DNA of 64,000 bases, taken from Prorocentrum cordatum (Eukaryota). Shown piece by piece: positions 47,401-59,693 of this stretch (the stretch's first letter is position 1; each line of letters starts with the position of its first letter). The position numbers were made by a program, and so were the translations under genes. The notes below the pieces were generated by a model. It was not told the DNA's origin. It saw only the letters and a list, made by a program, of their open reading frames with translations, and searched no databases. The DNA is taken from contig CAUYUJ010000004.1 in NCBI GenBank assembly GCA_963575745.1, positions 372,001 to 436,000 on the forward strand. The letters are read 5' to 3'.

Positions 47401-49640
47401 CCTGTCGCTGGGGCGTTTGCGCTCCACGGTGGCGCCAAGAGGCCAGCGCGCGACGCCGATGGCCTGGTCCAGTATTGCCGCGACATTGGCGCGAAGCACC
47501 ACAACTTGATGGGCTCGCTCGAGGCCGCTTGGGCCCACGTGCACCGCAACATCGATGCAGATGATGACAGAGACACCGATGACGAGCCAGATGAGGTAAA
47601 AGAGACACCTTGTTTTCTTGCTGGAATGTGTTTGTGCGGTGCCAGCGGCAAACGTCTAACTCGTCTACGGAATTCAATTCTCAGATGCATGAAGCTTGCC
47701 TTCCCCAAGCTGCTGGACACCGCTCGGCGCAACTTGCTGGTCGGTGGCTCGATCTCCCTGAAGTTCGCGAGGGCCCGCGCGGATGATCGGGCGGCGGAGC
47801 CGGCTGAGTTTTGGGGCGACGACGATCTAGATGTTGTATTTCCACGTTTCCCATGTGTCATTGGCTCCGTACTTCCCCATGCTGCAGCGCGCGGCGGAGG
47901 TCGAGCCCCGGGGGGCCGTCGCGGCGAGGCCCGACGGCGACGAGGTGGTGCTCAAGGCGCGCGGGTTAGCAGTTAATGGCATCCTCCTCATCGCGTGTCT
48001 CTCCTCCTCCCTGCTCTTCTCTCCTCCTCCATGCTCCTCCGTCCTCCTCCTTCCCTCCCTCCCTCGACTGAGAAATTGATGCCAGCTGTTCGTTTCCTCC
48101 TGCCCTCCTCTCCCACCACCGCCCCCCCCCCCCTTCGCCCTCTCGCTCGCGCCGCCCCCCCCCCCCCCACCCTCCGCCACCCCCTCGCAATCCTTCTTTC
48201 GCAGCTCTTCCTCTGGAGCCCTCGCCGCCTCCACGCCCCTGCCCGTTCCGCCCAGCCAGGCGTCTGCGGAGTGGTCGCGCGCGTGGAAGCTCGCGGCGGC
48301 CGACGCGGACCTCCGCGTGGAGGTGCTGCAGCTGCGGGGGCACGCGAGGCCGCTCGCGAGCTTCGTGCCTGGGCTGGTGCTCGCCCTGCGCTGGCCCGAC
48401 CAGCGCAGGGCCGCGTGGCCGCCGCCTCCTGGCGCAGGTCGCGGCCGAGGGCGCGGCCGAGGGCGCGGCCGGGGGCGGCCTGCTGCTGGCGGTGGGCGGG
48501 GCCGCGGGGCCGCGCGCGGCCGCGGCGCCGCGCGTGGTCGGGCTCGCGGTCGAGGTGCTGCGCTTGAGGATGCCGATCCTCGCGCTGCTGGAGGCGCCGA
48601 GCCGCTTCTGGCCCTCGAGGATGGCGACTCGCCTTCAGAGGTCGACGAGGGCGTCGGCAACGCCAGCGACGCCAGCGACGTCGACGAGAAGTCTGACGAC
48701 GAGCTGTTCGAGGAGGGCCACGAGGACAGGCCCGACGGCGAGAACGGTGACGAGGCGCGAATTCGAACGAAGATTCAAGAGGAAGGACGGGGTGGGGGAG
48801 TAGAGAGTAGGGGGGGATGTGGAGGCTGTGGATGGCGAGGAGGGGATGGGCGGGGGAGGCGAGGGCAGGCCCCTCGACCCCCCCTTGCCTTCCCTCTTTA
48901 CGTCCTCATCCTCCTCGCCATCGCCTCTGTTCATGTCTTTCAGGCTTCGCTCCCCTGCCCCCTACCCCCATGCTCCCTGGCACCCCTCTCTTAGCTCTCA
49001 CCCCTGCCGCCGCGCCGCCGCCTCCCGCGCCCCCGAGGCTGGCGGCGGCGAGGAGGCCCTCCAGGAGGGCGCCTTCGGGGCGGACATTTCGGAGTTCGGG
49101 GGCGGCCCCGACGGCTCCGACGACCCCGGCGGCCCCGGCGGCCCTGGACCTGCGGCGCCAGAGGCGCCACCTGTGCCTCCCGAGCCGCCCCCCCCCCCCC
49201 CTCCCACCCCCCCCCCGCCTCTTCCCCCATCCAGACTTGGGCCCGGGAGATCGCCAGATCACATTTTTTGCGGGCCCTCCAGTAAACGGCAACTTGCATA
49301 ACATCACGCGGTATAAATCTTTTGATTTCGAAGCCACGTGTAGGTTTCGCCCTATGTGTCGCAGGACACGCAAAAGCACCGTAATCGATGCGCGTCATCT
49401 TCTTAGGAAGCCTTGGCAGGGTCGACCCTGCGGACACCTGTTAGCTTGGATTCAAGCTGGTCAGGATCTCGAACCTAGCCAGCATGAAGATCCGTATGCC
49501 TTCGGCGTTATCGGAGCCCTCCCCCGCGGCGTAGCTCCCCGCCTGGCCATCATCCCCCCCCTCAGTCCCTGACTGGTCGCGAAACAGTCGCCGTTTCCTG
49601 GCTTCCAGGGGGGGCGTTCGGGCACGCAAAGGCGGGGTGG
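44416..49640 (+). pseudogene. Decayed DDE-transposase-like gene (hAT/P/Mutator-type), frameshifted, probably with introns
   Basis: Abutting ORFs with CDETP, IDRHFSNLAAER, TRSKW and NTDHLEVEQSHIRR in DD..RW..E order. C-terminal C..C..QGRPCGHLLAW motif. Confidence 0.45.
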
Positions 49641-49699
49641 GTGGGGGGTGGGGTGGGGGCGGGGGGGGCACGAGCGCGCGTAGGCACGCGTGAGGCGGG

Positions 49700-49960
49700 C
49701 GACGCGACGACGACGACGACGACGACTACCACGACGACCACGACGAAGACGACGACGACGACGGCGACGGCGACGTCGAAGACGACGAGGACGACAATGA
49801 CGACGGCGACGTCAACGAAGACGACGACAGGAGTACACCGATGAGGGACGACGACGACGACGTCAACGAAGGCGACGTCAACGAAGACGACGTCAACGAA
49901 GACGACGTCAACGACGACGACGACGTCAACGAAGACAACGTCAACGAAGACCACGACAAC
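49700..49960. repeat. (GAC)n microsatellite and 15-bp GACGTCAACGAAGAC repeats
   Basis: Direct observation. Confidence 0.9.
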
Positions 49961-50429
49961 GGCGGGCCTCCCTCGCAGCTTGGCATCGCCCCAAGGGTTG
50001 GCGGACTACGTCCCTCCTTTTGGCGATCGCAGAAAGGCTCGGGACGAGTTGAAGCTCGGATGGGATGCGGCGCTGGAGCTGCTCGCGAAGGAGAGGCCCC
50101 AGCGGGCGGACTGTGCGCCCCTCGAGCCAGACTCGGAGCCTGAGCGTGCCTAAAGGCGTCTCGCCTTCGGCACCGGCATCGGTTTCGTGGCCCTGGCCGT
50201 CGTGGCAATCCCTTGTCATTGACACGTGTGCTGTCTTGCTACGCGTCCCGCTCCTCTCTACTTCCAGTGCCAGTGCCATCCTCTCGGCCGCCCCCCCCCC
50301 CCCCCCTCTCGCACCCTGTCCCCGCGCTCCTCCGCCCGCCAACCCAAAAGGAACTAGGGCCGCAATGAAATAAACAGGACCCCATCCCCCAACATACGTT
50401 CGTAGGACCGCCCCAAAACGTAAATTGGA

Positions 50430-50525
50430 TCCGGTTCAAACGGTCCGTTTCAAACGGTCCGCGGTCCGTCTCAAACGGCCCATGGTCCGTTTCAGCACCA
50501 GGGTCCATTTCAAACGGTCCATGGT
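50430..50525 (+). repeat. Short GGTCCGTTTCAAAC tandem repeat
   Basis: About five degenerate copies. Confidence 0.7.
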
Positions 50526-51202
50526 CTGGTCTAGCACAATTAAGACCCCCAGAAAAGTAAAGAGGAACACGCCAAAGAGGAAATAGTGCCATCCCAAGGG
50601 GTGGACGGGGGGGGAGTTTCCCGACAGGAAAGGCTTCTCCATATGTGTCGTCCTAGGTTGACGCGTGCGCCGAGGGCAGCTGGGCCTTTCCCAATGCACG
50701 CCGCGCTTCGCGAGACAGCCGCCTGCCCCAATCAATTACATACCCGTGAGCTTGCCCATATCAATTACATGCGCATGACTGTACGAACTGGCGCGAATCA
50801 ATTAATCCAACTGTATGGGTTGCAATCCTTCGCGGCGTGTGGACGGGAAGTCTAGATTTATATGCAATTTGTTTGCCACGAGTCGAGACGCGGCCCCAAG
50901 TGCCCGATGCCGCGACTTACGCTGAACAAGCAACGCAGGCGAATTGAAACCATGAGTCGTTTGTGATGCGAATGCCACTCCGCCTGTAGGTACACATGCA
51001 AAAGTCCAGCGCCATTTGTTTTGAGAAAAGTCGCTAGTTTTCCAGAGAAAAGTATACGTTTTCGCTTTTAGCCGCGTGTATTCCTATGGCTTCAACTTGA
51101 TATAGGACGAGTTAGGGGCATCAGTAAGCTGCCCCCCCTCCCCTTGGGCTCCAGGAGTGTTCGTGTTCGTACACGTCCCTTCGACACATGCACAGTTGTG
51201 CG

Positions 51203-51500
51203 GCTTAGGCGTAGGGGGCGTGCTGTTAGGGCTGAGGGCGTAGGGCTGAGGGCGTAGGCCGGAGGGCGTAGGGCTTTCGGCGTAGGCTTTAGCGCGTAGG
51301 CTGTTAGGGCTAAGGGCTTTGGGCATAGGGCTCAGGGCGCAGGGCTTAGGCGTAGGCCCCAGGGCGTAGGGCTTAGGGCGCGCGGGCTCAGGGCGTAGGC
51401 CAGAGGGCGCAGGGCTGAGGCGTAGACCTGAGGGCGCAGGCCTTGGGGCGCACGGCTGAGAGCGTAGGGCTTAGAACCAGGTAGGGTTTAGGCCGCAGGC
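51203..51500 (+). repeat. Degenerate 7-bp (CGTAGGG/CTTAGGG)n telomere-like array, followed by a poly-G tract
   Basis: Alternating heptamers; a short inverted copy at 53548-53580. Confidence 0.7.
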
Positions 51501-53182
51501 CTCCCAAGGAGGGCGGTGGCGGGGGGGGAGGGGGGAGGGGGGGGGGGGGGGGGCGGGGAGGGGGGGAGGAAGGGGAGGAGAGGGGGGAGAGGGGGGAGGG
51601 GGAGGGGGGGGAGGGGGGGGGGGGGGAGAGGGGGAGGGGGGGGGGGGGGAGGGTAGGGGGCCCGATGGGCACGCGCACCATCGGGGCCGCGTCGGTGCAC
51701 AGGCAGGTTGGGTACATGCACCAACCCGCCTTTTCCAATTTATGCCAAATACAATTCTTGTATATTTTTGATGATCTGGGATGATTGTTTGATGATTTTT
51801 TTTATGTACCCTACCTGCCTTTCGTTCTGAAACGCGAGCAGGGTACAGTGCCCAACCTGACTTTGGCAGTGCCCAGGCCCTTTGGGTGCCGTGACGATGT
51901 TGTCTTGCTCCAGCAGTGAGGACCTTCGGACTCGCGACCATCGCGCCCCGACCTTGTTCTGCGCGCCAGCGGGTTAGCCCCGACCATTTTTTGATGATGT
52001 GTGGATGATTTTTGGATGATCTTCTGATGATCCGTAGCGGCAGCCCTGGCCACCCAGATGATGTTCTGGTGATTTGTTGATGCTAGTTTTATGATTTTTT
52101 GGATGGTATTTTGATGATAGTTTGCTGATCTGTTGATGGATGGCCCTGAGGTACAACATCCACCCCAAAAACGCCCTCGCGCGCGTGCCCTAAGTACCCC
52201 CCCCCCTCCCCGCCTCCTCCCCTTGGCACTTCTGCATTGGGCTTATTTTTTTGCGACAATAACTTGTGCGCGCGCCCCGTTAGGCCTGCGCGGCTTCCTG
52301 GGGCGCGCTTCAACCGTCGTTGCAAACAAATAATTTGCGAAATGCGTTTCTGTTGGAAGCGACCGCGCCTGCGCAGTTGGCGGCGGGGCGCAGCGCCATC
52401 CGCCCTCAGGCGGAATTAAATATGCGAGGCGCCTTCGCATCGCGGGATTTCGCTTCCAAAACAAAGCCTGCGCTCAAAAATGCTGGCCTGCCTGGGCGCC
52501 CGCGCCGTCCGCGCGAGGCGACGCCGCGGTATCGAGGGCGTGTCAGGGTAGTGCGGGCGCGACGATGGGTCTCTAGATGAAGCCCTGCGCCGCGACCGCG
52601 CGCGGATTGCGACGTCGTCCAACAAGGTGGCGGCGTGGCCGCAACAAAGACGCGTCACGTGCCTGGCCTCCCTCTTGGGAGGGGTGGATTTCGATATCTC
52701 AACCTCGCCCCGCGGGGCTCACGCAGGGCCCCCCGCGCATCCTTGCCACGTACATTTTTCTGAACATGGGAACAGCACGGGGCAAGTGCGTCTTTCCCGT
52801 GGGAAGGCGCACCGCGCGCCTGAGGGTCTCGCGTCTGGCAGAGGGTGGGTCTGGCATCTGGCAGACGGTTTCGCATCTGGCATAGGGCGCTGTTATCATT
52901 GAAGTTGAAGGTGATGCCAAGCTTCGCGTCGGTTGCCAGAGGGCCCCAATCTTTGTTGTGCGCGATAGACTTACGCACTTACGCCCTCGGCGGCCACAAG
53001 TTCTGATCAATTGCCAGCGCCTGCATTCCCCAGGCGCGCTTGTCACGCTGCCCTTCCCCTCAGACTCACGTTCCTGTGGCTGTCGGTTTCGAGGTCTATT
53101 CACCTTCCTGTGGCTGTCGGTTCCTCAGGCTGCCAACAGACGCAGGTCTCGCGCGCGGCCCCCTTGGGCGCTGCGCGGCGCG

Positions 53183-56100
53183 ATGGCGGGAGGGGCCCCT
53201 GGCAGGCCTTCTTCGGCGAAGGCGCGGGAGCCCCAGCAGGGCGGCCGCGGTCGTGGACGTGGCGGAGGCCGTGGCCGCCCCCGCGCCGCAGCGGCCGCCG
53301 CTGGCGGGCTCGTCGAGTGCGGGCTTTGCGGCTCCAGCGAGCGGGACACGGGGCAACGTTCGTGCATCCATGTAGATTCGCACAGCACATGCCGTATGGT
53401 AAACGTATTGTGTTTGGTACCATGTTTTCACTACCGGTTAAAACATACGTACGTTGTTCTTGCCTTGATGGGTTCTGGAGTCCGAACCACCACCAAACAA
53501 ACGATGTACGTTGCCGGAACAGTCGTTGCTTCCCGTCTTGGACCCCTTCACCCTACCCCTACGCCCTACACCCTACCCCATGCGCCCCCCCTACACCCGT
53601 GCGAATGTTTGTATTTCGCGCTTGGCCCTCCCAGAGGGACCCTGTGTTAACGTGTTGAGGTTTGCGATGTTGCTTACATGCAGGCGGCCTCAGGGCTGCC
53701 TCAGGGGCGCGTGGGCCCCGCGGGAGAAGCGCAGATGTCTTGATCAGTTCGCGCCTGGGCCCACGAAATGCCTTGGGGGAGGGGGGGTTCGACGAGGGAA
53801 GGGGCCCCGCGATTCCCTTTCGAGCCTCGGGCCCAGGAGATTTACAGATTTCCAGGACCTGCACAGATTACTGCCACGCCCTCTACAGGACTGCCACATT
53901 TACGGCAAGGCCGCGCAGGACACGAGCTTGCAGAAGTACCTCGGCGAGAACGTGACATCGTGCGCGAGGTGCTTGGAGTTCGTGAAGCACCACTGCCCAG
54001 GCCTGACCGTCGCTACGCTGGCGCAGGTTGCGACCGACAACGAGGACCTTGGCTTGTGCGCGCAGGGGTGCCTCTTCGACAAGATGGACGTCGCGTTGCA
54101 GATGCCGCACCTGAAGGCGCCCCTCCAGACAGGATTCGGCCACGAGCTGTACGTCAAAGCTACTGCGCTGAACGCGCACCAGGTGCAGACCGAGTTCTCC
54201 AAGAGTCCGAAAGCTCTCGGCGTGAAGCCGTACCTCGTGCCCGCTCGTGGCCAGATGGCCATCGTGTATCCAGTAGAGCGCACGGCTGAGTTCAAGGTAA
54301 AGTACCCTACGTTGAAGATATTCGCGTGCTTTCGCACGCAGACGGAAGAGGAACAAAAAGCCCCTGTGGTGCCAGGCAGCGGTTCAGGGGCCAGATCCCC
54401 CTCATCCACATGGGCATCGCGAGTGAGGAGGCTGCCCAAGATGACACCGCCGACGTCCTCACTGCCATCACGGTGCACATCCCGACGGTCGACGACCTCC
54501 ACGCGCGCGTCGAGAGGCTGAAGGCGAAGGCGAGCGCGCGGATGAAACCCACGCCACGCGAGGGGTCCACCAGTGAAGACTTGATAGAACTTGCCTTGGG
54601 AGGCTCCGACTGCTCCGACCCCAACGGCACGGTCTACGTCTGCGGCGGCGGCGAAGACGAGGACCCCGAGCGGACCCCAGGCGCAGTGGGCAGCTGCGGC
54701 GTCTCGTGCGCCGCGAGCGTGGCTGGCTCGGAGGCGTCGGCATCAGTCCACGCGCCCATGCCCTCGCAGCTGAAGAGGGGCATAAGTTCTACCAGCCTCG
54801 GATGCGCCTTTGGGCCAGAGACCCGGAACAATAAATTTAAGGGCTTGATGGGCGCACCCCTGAAGATCGAGAATGAGCACAGGGTTGGGGCGCCTCAGTA
54901 CTGGATCACCGAGCTCAACCTTCACATGCTCTTCGACGGCGCCAAGCTGGGGAAGCAGGAGGCGCAAGCCAAGCTTCTGTTGCCGAAGCTCCCCCCTTCT
55001 GAGCGGAACGGCCTGCGCGTCCACATGGATCTCGTGGAGCACGCGAAGAAGATGAACAACGTGCATACCTTGAGTGACCAGGAGCTCCGAGATGCTTGGC
55101 AGCCATTTGCTAAGTTGGGAATGCTTCCCACGCCGGAGCTCGCACTCAGTCTGGTACAGCGCCGCGTGGACTACTTATGGAAGGAGCTCCATGTTGCGAG
55201 TAGAGTTGAGAAGGTCGAGGGCTTGTGCAAGCAGTTGCTGGAGTGTCTGGGGATCTGGTCAGACCAGTCGGGTGCCCGCTTCGACGTATTCGACCCCAAG
55301 CTGATAATCACAGGCGGCACGGACGCCGAGATAGCGGACTTCTTTGTGAAACGCGTCTTCGCGACAGGCATCGGGCATTGGATCAGCCAGGGAGCGGCGA
55401 TGGAGACGCACGTGCAGGAGTTCGCCCTCGTTGCTGGCACGGTGTGGTCCGACCTTCCCGAGGACGCAGACTTGGGTCACGATTGCGCCTTGGTCTTGCT
55501 GGACGCGCGTGCGGCGATGAGGATCACCAGGAGCTTCTTAGTCGCAGTCATTGACGACAACACTGACATCGAGATCTTTCAGGAGTACCCTCGCTTTGAG
55601 CAGGAGGCGTTGCGCACCGCGGGCTACGCCGCGCCGGCGCAGGCTCTCGGTCAAGCTTTGAATGCTACCTCTGGCTTGTATTGGAGGCAGCAGTTCGAAC
55701 GGCTGAAGGCTGATTCCGACAAGATCCGAGAGTTGGGGTCCAGCATCGCCGACGCGATCAGCAAGGTCACGAAGCAGCCCGCCCAGGTTTCCCAGGCCAC
55801 CATCAAGGAGCTCAGAGGCGTGTGCGAGAATTTCCCTTACTGGGAGCAGCAGGTGAACGACCAGATCTGCATCAAGCTGCGCGCTGGCCCCATCAAGAAG
55901 GTTTCGTGGGTGGCCGAAGAGCTGCTGAACAAGAAGAGGAAGCTCGAGCAGAAGGGCTCCTGCACGGAGGAAGACGAGAGGACCGTTCTGATGCATGGCA
56001 TGAAGGAGCTCCTCAGGCACGTGGCCACAATCGACCCGCTCAGCGAGGAGATCGCTCGGTGGGCCTCCAGGCTCACCGACGCCTTGCAGGACATGGACAG

Positions 56101-57110
56101 ACAAGGGCGTGAAGATGGGGATGGTATCCGAGGCCATCTTGGCTTGGACGCCCACGATGGCAGAGCATGCCCATCGGCTGCGCGGCGCCATCGGGGCTTG
56201 CAAGCCAAACACCGTGTCGGGGAAGGTCGAGAACAATGCTTACAAGTTGTTGCAGAGCATTGCGAACGATTTGGGGCAGAAGGCTAGCTTCGGCAATGGC
56301 ACCGACGCTCGCATCTACGACGCGGTCGAGATGCTCGCAGAGATTTCCCCGATGGACTTCAAGCGCGACACCGAGGCGTTCAGCGCCTAGCTGAAGTCGG
56401 CCTGTAGGCTCGAGTGCGTAACGGAATCCGTGAGGGCGAAAGTGCCAGACAGCCAGGGCAACCACAACGACTTGGACAAGCTGGCGAGGGAGTTGAGCCA
56501 GGCCCTTCAGCGCGTGCCGGAGAAGAACATGCCCAGCGGCCTGGTGGCGAAGTTCTCCACGACCCTCAACGAACGCGAGGAGAGCACGCGTAAGACGGCG
56601 AAGGAGTTGGTCATGGAGATCGGCGAGCAGGTGAGGGGCCATTTCTACGACGGGGTGCAGACGAAAAGCCAGAAGCTCCACGCCGAGATCGACCAGGACG
56701 CCTGGGCAAAGGCCTGGGTTACCGGCACGGCTGGCGTTGAGGAGCTGGCGCTTCTGCTCGAAGTGGGGGCCCACGAACGCAACTCTTCGCAGGCCGAGCA
56801 CTGGGGTGACATGGCGGACAGCCTCCAGTCGGAGTTCGCGACGCTCTTGCAGACGACGGTGGACTTCGAGCTTGCACCGAAGGCTGATATCGAGACGACG
56901 CTCCCTGAGTTGATCCGCACTGCCCGCGTGCTGCACCTCGAGCACAGCCTCATCGGCCACTTCACCAACGAGGCGACGAAGCGTGACAAGATCTTGCTGC
57001 GGGCCAAGATGAGGGACATCCAGGGCTGCCTCAAGGAGTGGTCGTTGACGCCAGAGGACTTCCCCACGGCGCTGATCGCGCGCTACCGCGCGGGCCTGCG
57101 CATGACGTAA
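53183..57110 (+). pseudogene. Large decayed gene of unknown function, likely element-associated
   Basis: Exon 1 53183-53344 (GRG-rich, CGLC), GA donor, acceptor CTACAG|G at 53889 in phase 0. High GC3 bias. Frameshifts ~54380 and ~56110; in-frame TAG at 56388. Confidence 0.6.
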
Positions 57111-58137
57111 GCTAACGGAGTCAGCCGCCTCCGCCTGCACCCAGCGCCGAGCCGAAGTGGAGGGGTGGTTCAAGGGCCTCTGGAGTGGCTTCTAAAGCAA
57201 CCCCAGAGCCCCTGGAGTTTTTTTATCCACTCCAGGGCCTCTGGATTCTTAACTTGTTTTCGGGATCTTGGAGATTCAGTTTCCATTTGCGTTCCAGGGC
57301 CTCGGGAGAAACAAGGAAAGAACATGATATAACATGTGTTACTCCTCTGCTGTAGTTCGCGCTTTTGTTGAGTGAGGCCGCACTTCGTGCGGCAGCCGGA
57401 TGCTCGTGTGGGATGGGTCAGGGGGCTCAAGTATGTCTCCCATTCTCCCCTCCTTACCGTCGTTCCTCGCATGATCTCCCCATTTCCCCCGCAACTCTGC
57501 CCAGCCTTCGTGTTCGATTTTGGCCGCCCCCGACCCAGTCCCCATCCTAGTGCCGCTTGGAGAGTTCGAGAAGTGCTTCGGATGAAGGCTGGAGCACTCG
57601 AAGTTCGCAGCTCTCTTCGACGCTCGTGGCGCCAGCACTCCACGCTCTGCTCTGGGCGAAGACGATGCCTATCCCCCCGCTCTCCCCCCCCCTCCGCCCC
57701 CCCTCCCCCCCCCCCCCCCCCCCGCCCTCCGCAAAGTGGGCCCAAGACGGCTCCAAGATGGCACCAAGAGGCCCGCGGAAGTCTCGAGGCGGCCCCAATC
57801 TTCCTCCCCCCCCTCCTCCTCCTCCTACTCCCACTCCTCCTACTCCCCTCTCCCGCCTCCCCCCCCGCCTCTGCCCCCCCCCCACTTCCCTCCTCTTCTT
57901 CCTCCTAGATGGCGCCGAGAAGGTTTCGCGAGGTCATCGCCAGGGCTCGATTTGAACAGCACTCAAAATGATCTTCTCCTATGCTTCAAGATGGCCCCAA
58001 GACGGCTCCGAGTTAGCGCCGAGAGAGCCCGAGATGGGCCCGAAACGGCTGGCCTCAAGGAATTATACAGTTTGTTGGGGGCCGAGGCGGCGAGCGCACC
58101 AATCGTTGAGCCATGCGCCGTGCGTTGGCAGGCAGCC

Positions 58138-58415
58138 CGAACATCTTCAAGGGAAGCGCTTCCGAAGAGAGGGGCGAGGATGCTAGGCTCCAAGCCTTCA
58201 TCGGAGCGATAGCCATTGGCGATCTGGTGAAGTCCACGTTGGGCCCAAGGGGCGTGGACAAGATTGTGGTGCCAATGCTCGGGGGGGGGGGGTCCCAAGG
58301 AAATGCGACTGTGACGAATGACGGCGCAACCATCTTGAAATCTTGGTGGATCGATATCCCTGCAGCGAAGATTTTGGTGGACATATCTAAGACCCAGGGC
58401 GCAGAGTGCGGGGGG
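58138..58415 (+). pseudogene. CCT2: T-complex protein 1 subunit beta N-terminal fragment
   Basis: [67 protein letters not shown]; several conserved residues substituted. Confidence 0.88.
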
Positions 58416-58889
58416 AGGGATGTGTAGGAGGAGGACGCGCGGGGAAGAGCCTCCTCCTCCTCTTCCTACTCCCCCCCCTCCTCCTCCCTCCCCCGCCTCA
58501 CCCCCGCCCGCCCCCGCCCCCCTCCTCCCTCTTCCTTCCTCCCCTTCCTCCTCCTCTTCCTCCCTCCTCCTCCTCCTCCTCCTCCTCCTCCCCCTCCCCC
58601 CTCTCTTCCTCGCCCCTCCGCGCTTGCTTGCTTGCTCTCTCCGCCGCCCCCGCCGCCCCCGCCGCCGCCCTCGACGAAGCAGGCGCGCCCCGCCCGCGCC
58701 GCCTCCCGCAAGAGGGGGGGGGGGGGGGGGGCGGGGAGGGAGCGGGGGCGGGCAGAGAGGAAAGGCAAGGGGGAGGGCGAGAGAGGGGAGGGAGAGGGCG
58801 AGGGCGAGGGGGCGGAGCACGAGGACGAGGGGGCGGAGAAGGACGGGAGGAAGGAGGAGGAAGGAGGACGGAGGAACGAGGGGATGATT

Positions 58890-59500
58890 TGTGTAGCGGA
58901 AGCAATTTTGGCGACACGTTGGGCCCTGGAAGGGCCGTGTTGCAAGATGCGCATAAGCGCGAATCGCGTTTTCCACGTTGTGAGTGCCCGTCATAGGCGC
59001 GCGGTGCGAGCTTGTCAGACCCCTCCCAACAAAAACACATCAGCCGTTCGTGTTCCCCCCTTCTCCACTACCCCTCCCCTCCCCCGCCCCTGTTGCAATG
59101 TCGCTCAGTTGGCGGGCGCGCCGATGTTGCGGCCGCCCCAAGAGACAACCCCCAGGGTCTCGGACTGCCCACCACTTACGCGTCGTCATTGCGTGGTAGC
59201 GTCGCGTTACATGGAACGTTATGCCATAGGTGGCTGCGAGCGCCGCCCCAATAGCACAAAACGCAGACGCATGTCGAGGCGTGCATGGTCGCGAAACAGA
59301 ACGCGGTGGAACCGCCAGACCTTGCGGCGCTCGGAAGGGCGCAACTCACCGCATTTGCTGGGAACGCCACGTCAGTGGCCACACATCTGCGGCGGCTCCC
59401 GTCTCGCTCACATCCTAAAGCTTGGCCGTGCAATCGTAGAAACATGTTAGCCCTGCCGCGATATGGCTTGACGCAGGCCGATAATCGATCCCTCGTTGCG
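58890..59500 (-). pseudogene. Possible highly decayed copia RNase H fragment
   Basis: SQRG..VWPLTWRSQQMR*VAP resembles the SQxG..WxSxKxxRV motif; broken frames. Confidence 0.3.
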
Positions 59501-59693
59501 ATGATGCGAGTAAGCCCAACACGCAACAATGGTTTGCGGCTGGGTGATCAGGGCCATTCGAGAAAATGCGATTTGCATTTGTTGCTGAAGTTTCGACGAT
59601 TAAGCAGAACACATGAACAAATGGCCGCGGAGGATTTTCTGACGATCCTCGGCGGTCTGCGCCCCGTGGAGACCAAGCGGGCCATCGAGAATA

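Noticed and set aside
53070..53130. Duplicated TTCCTGTGGCTGTCGGTT upstream of ATG 53183 as tandem SL relics
   Set aside because: Similarity to DinoSL is too low.
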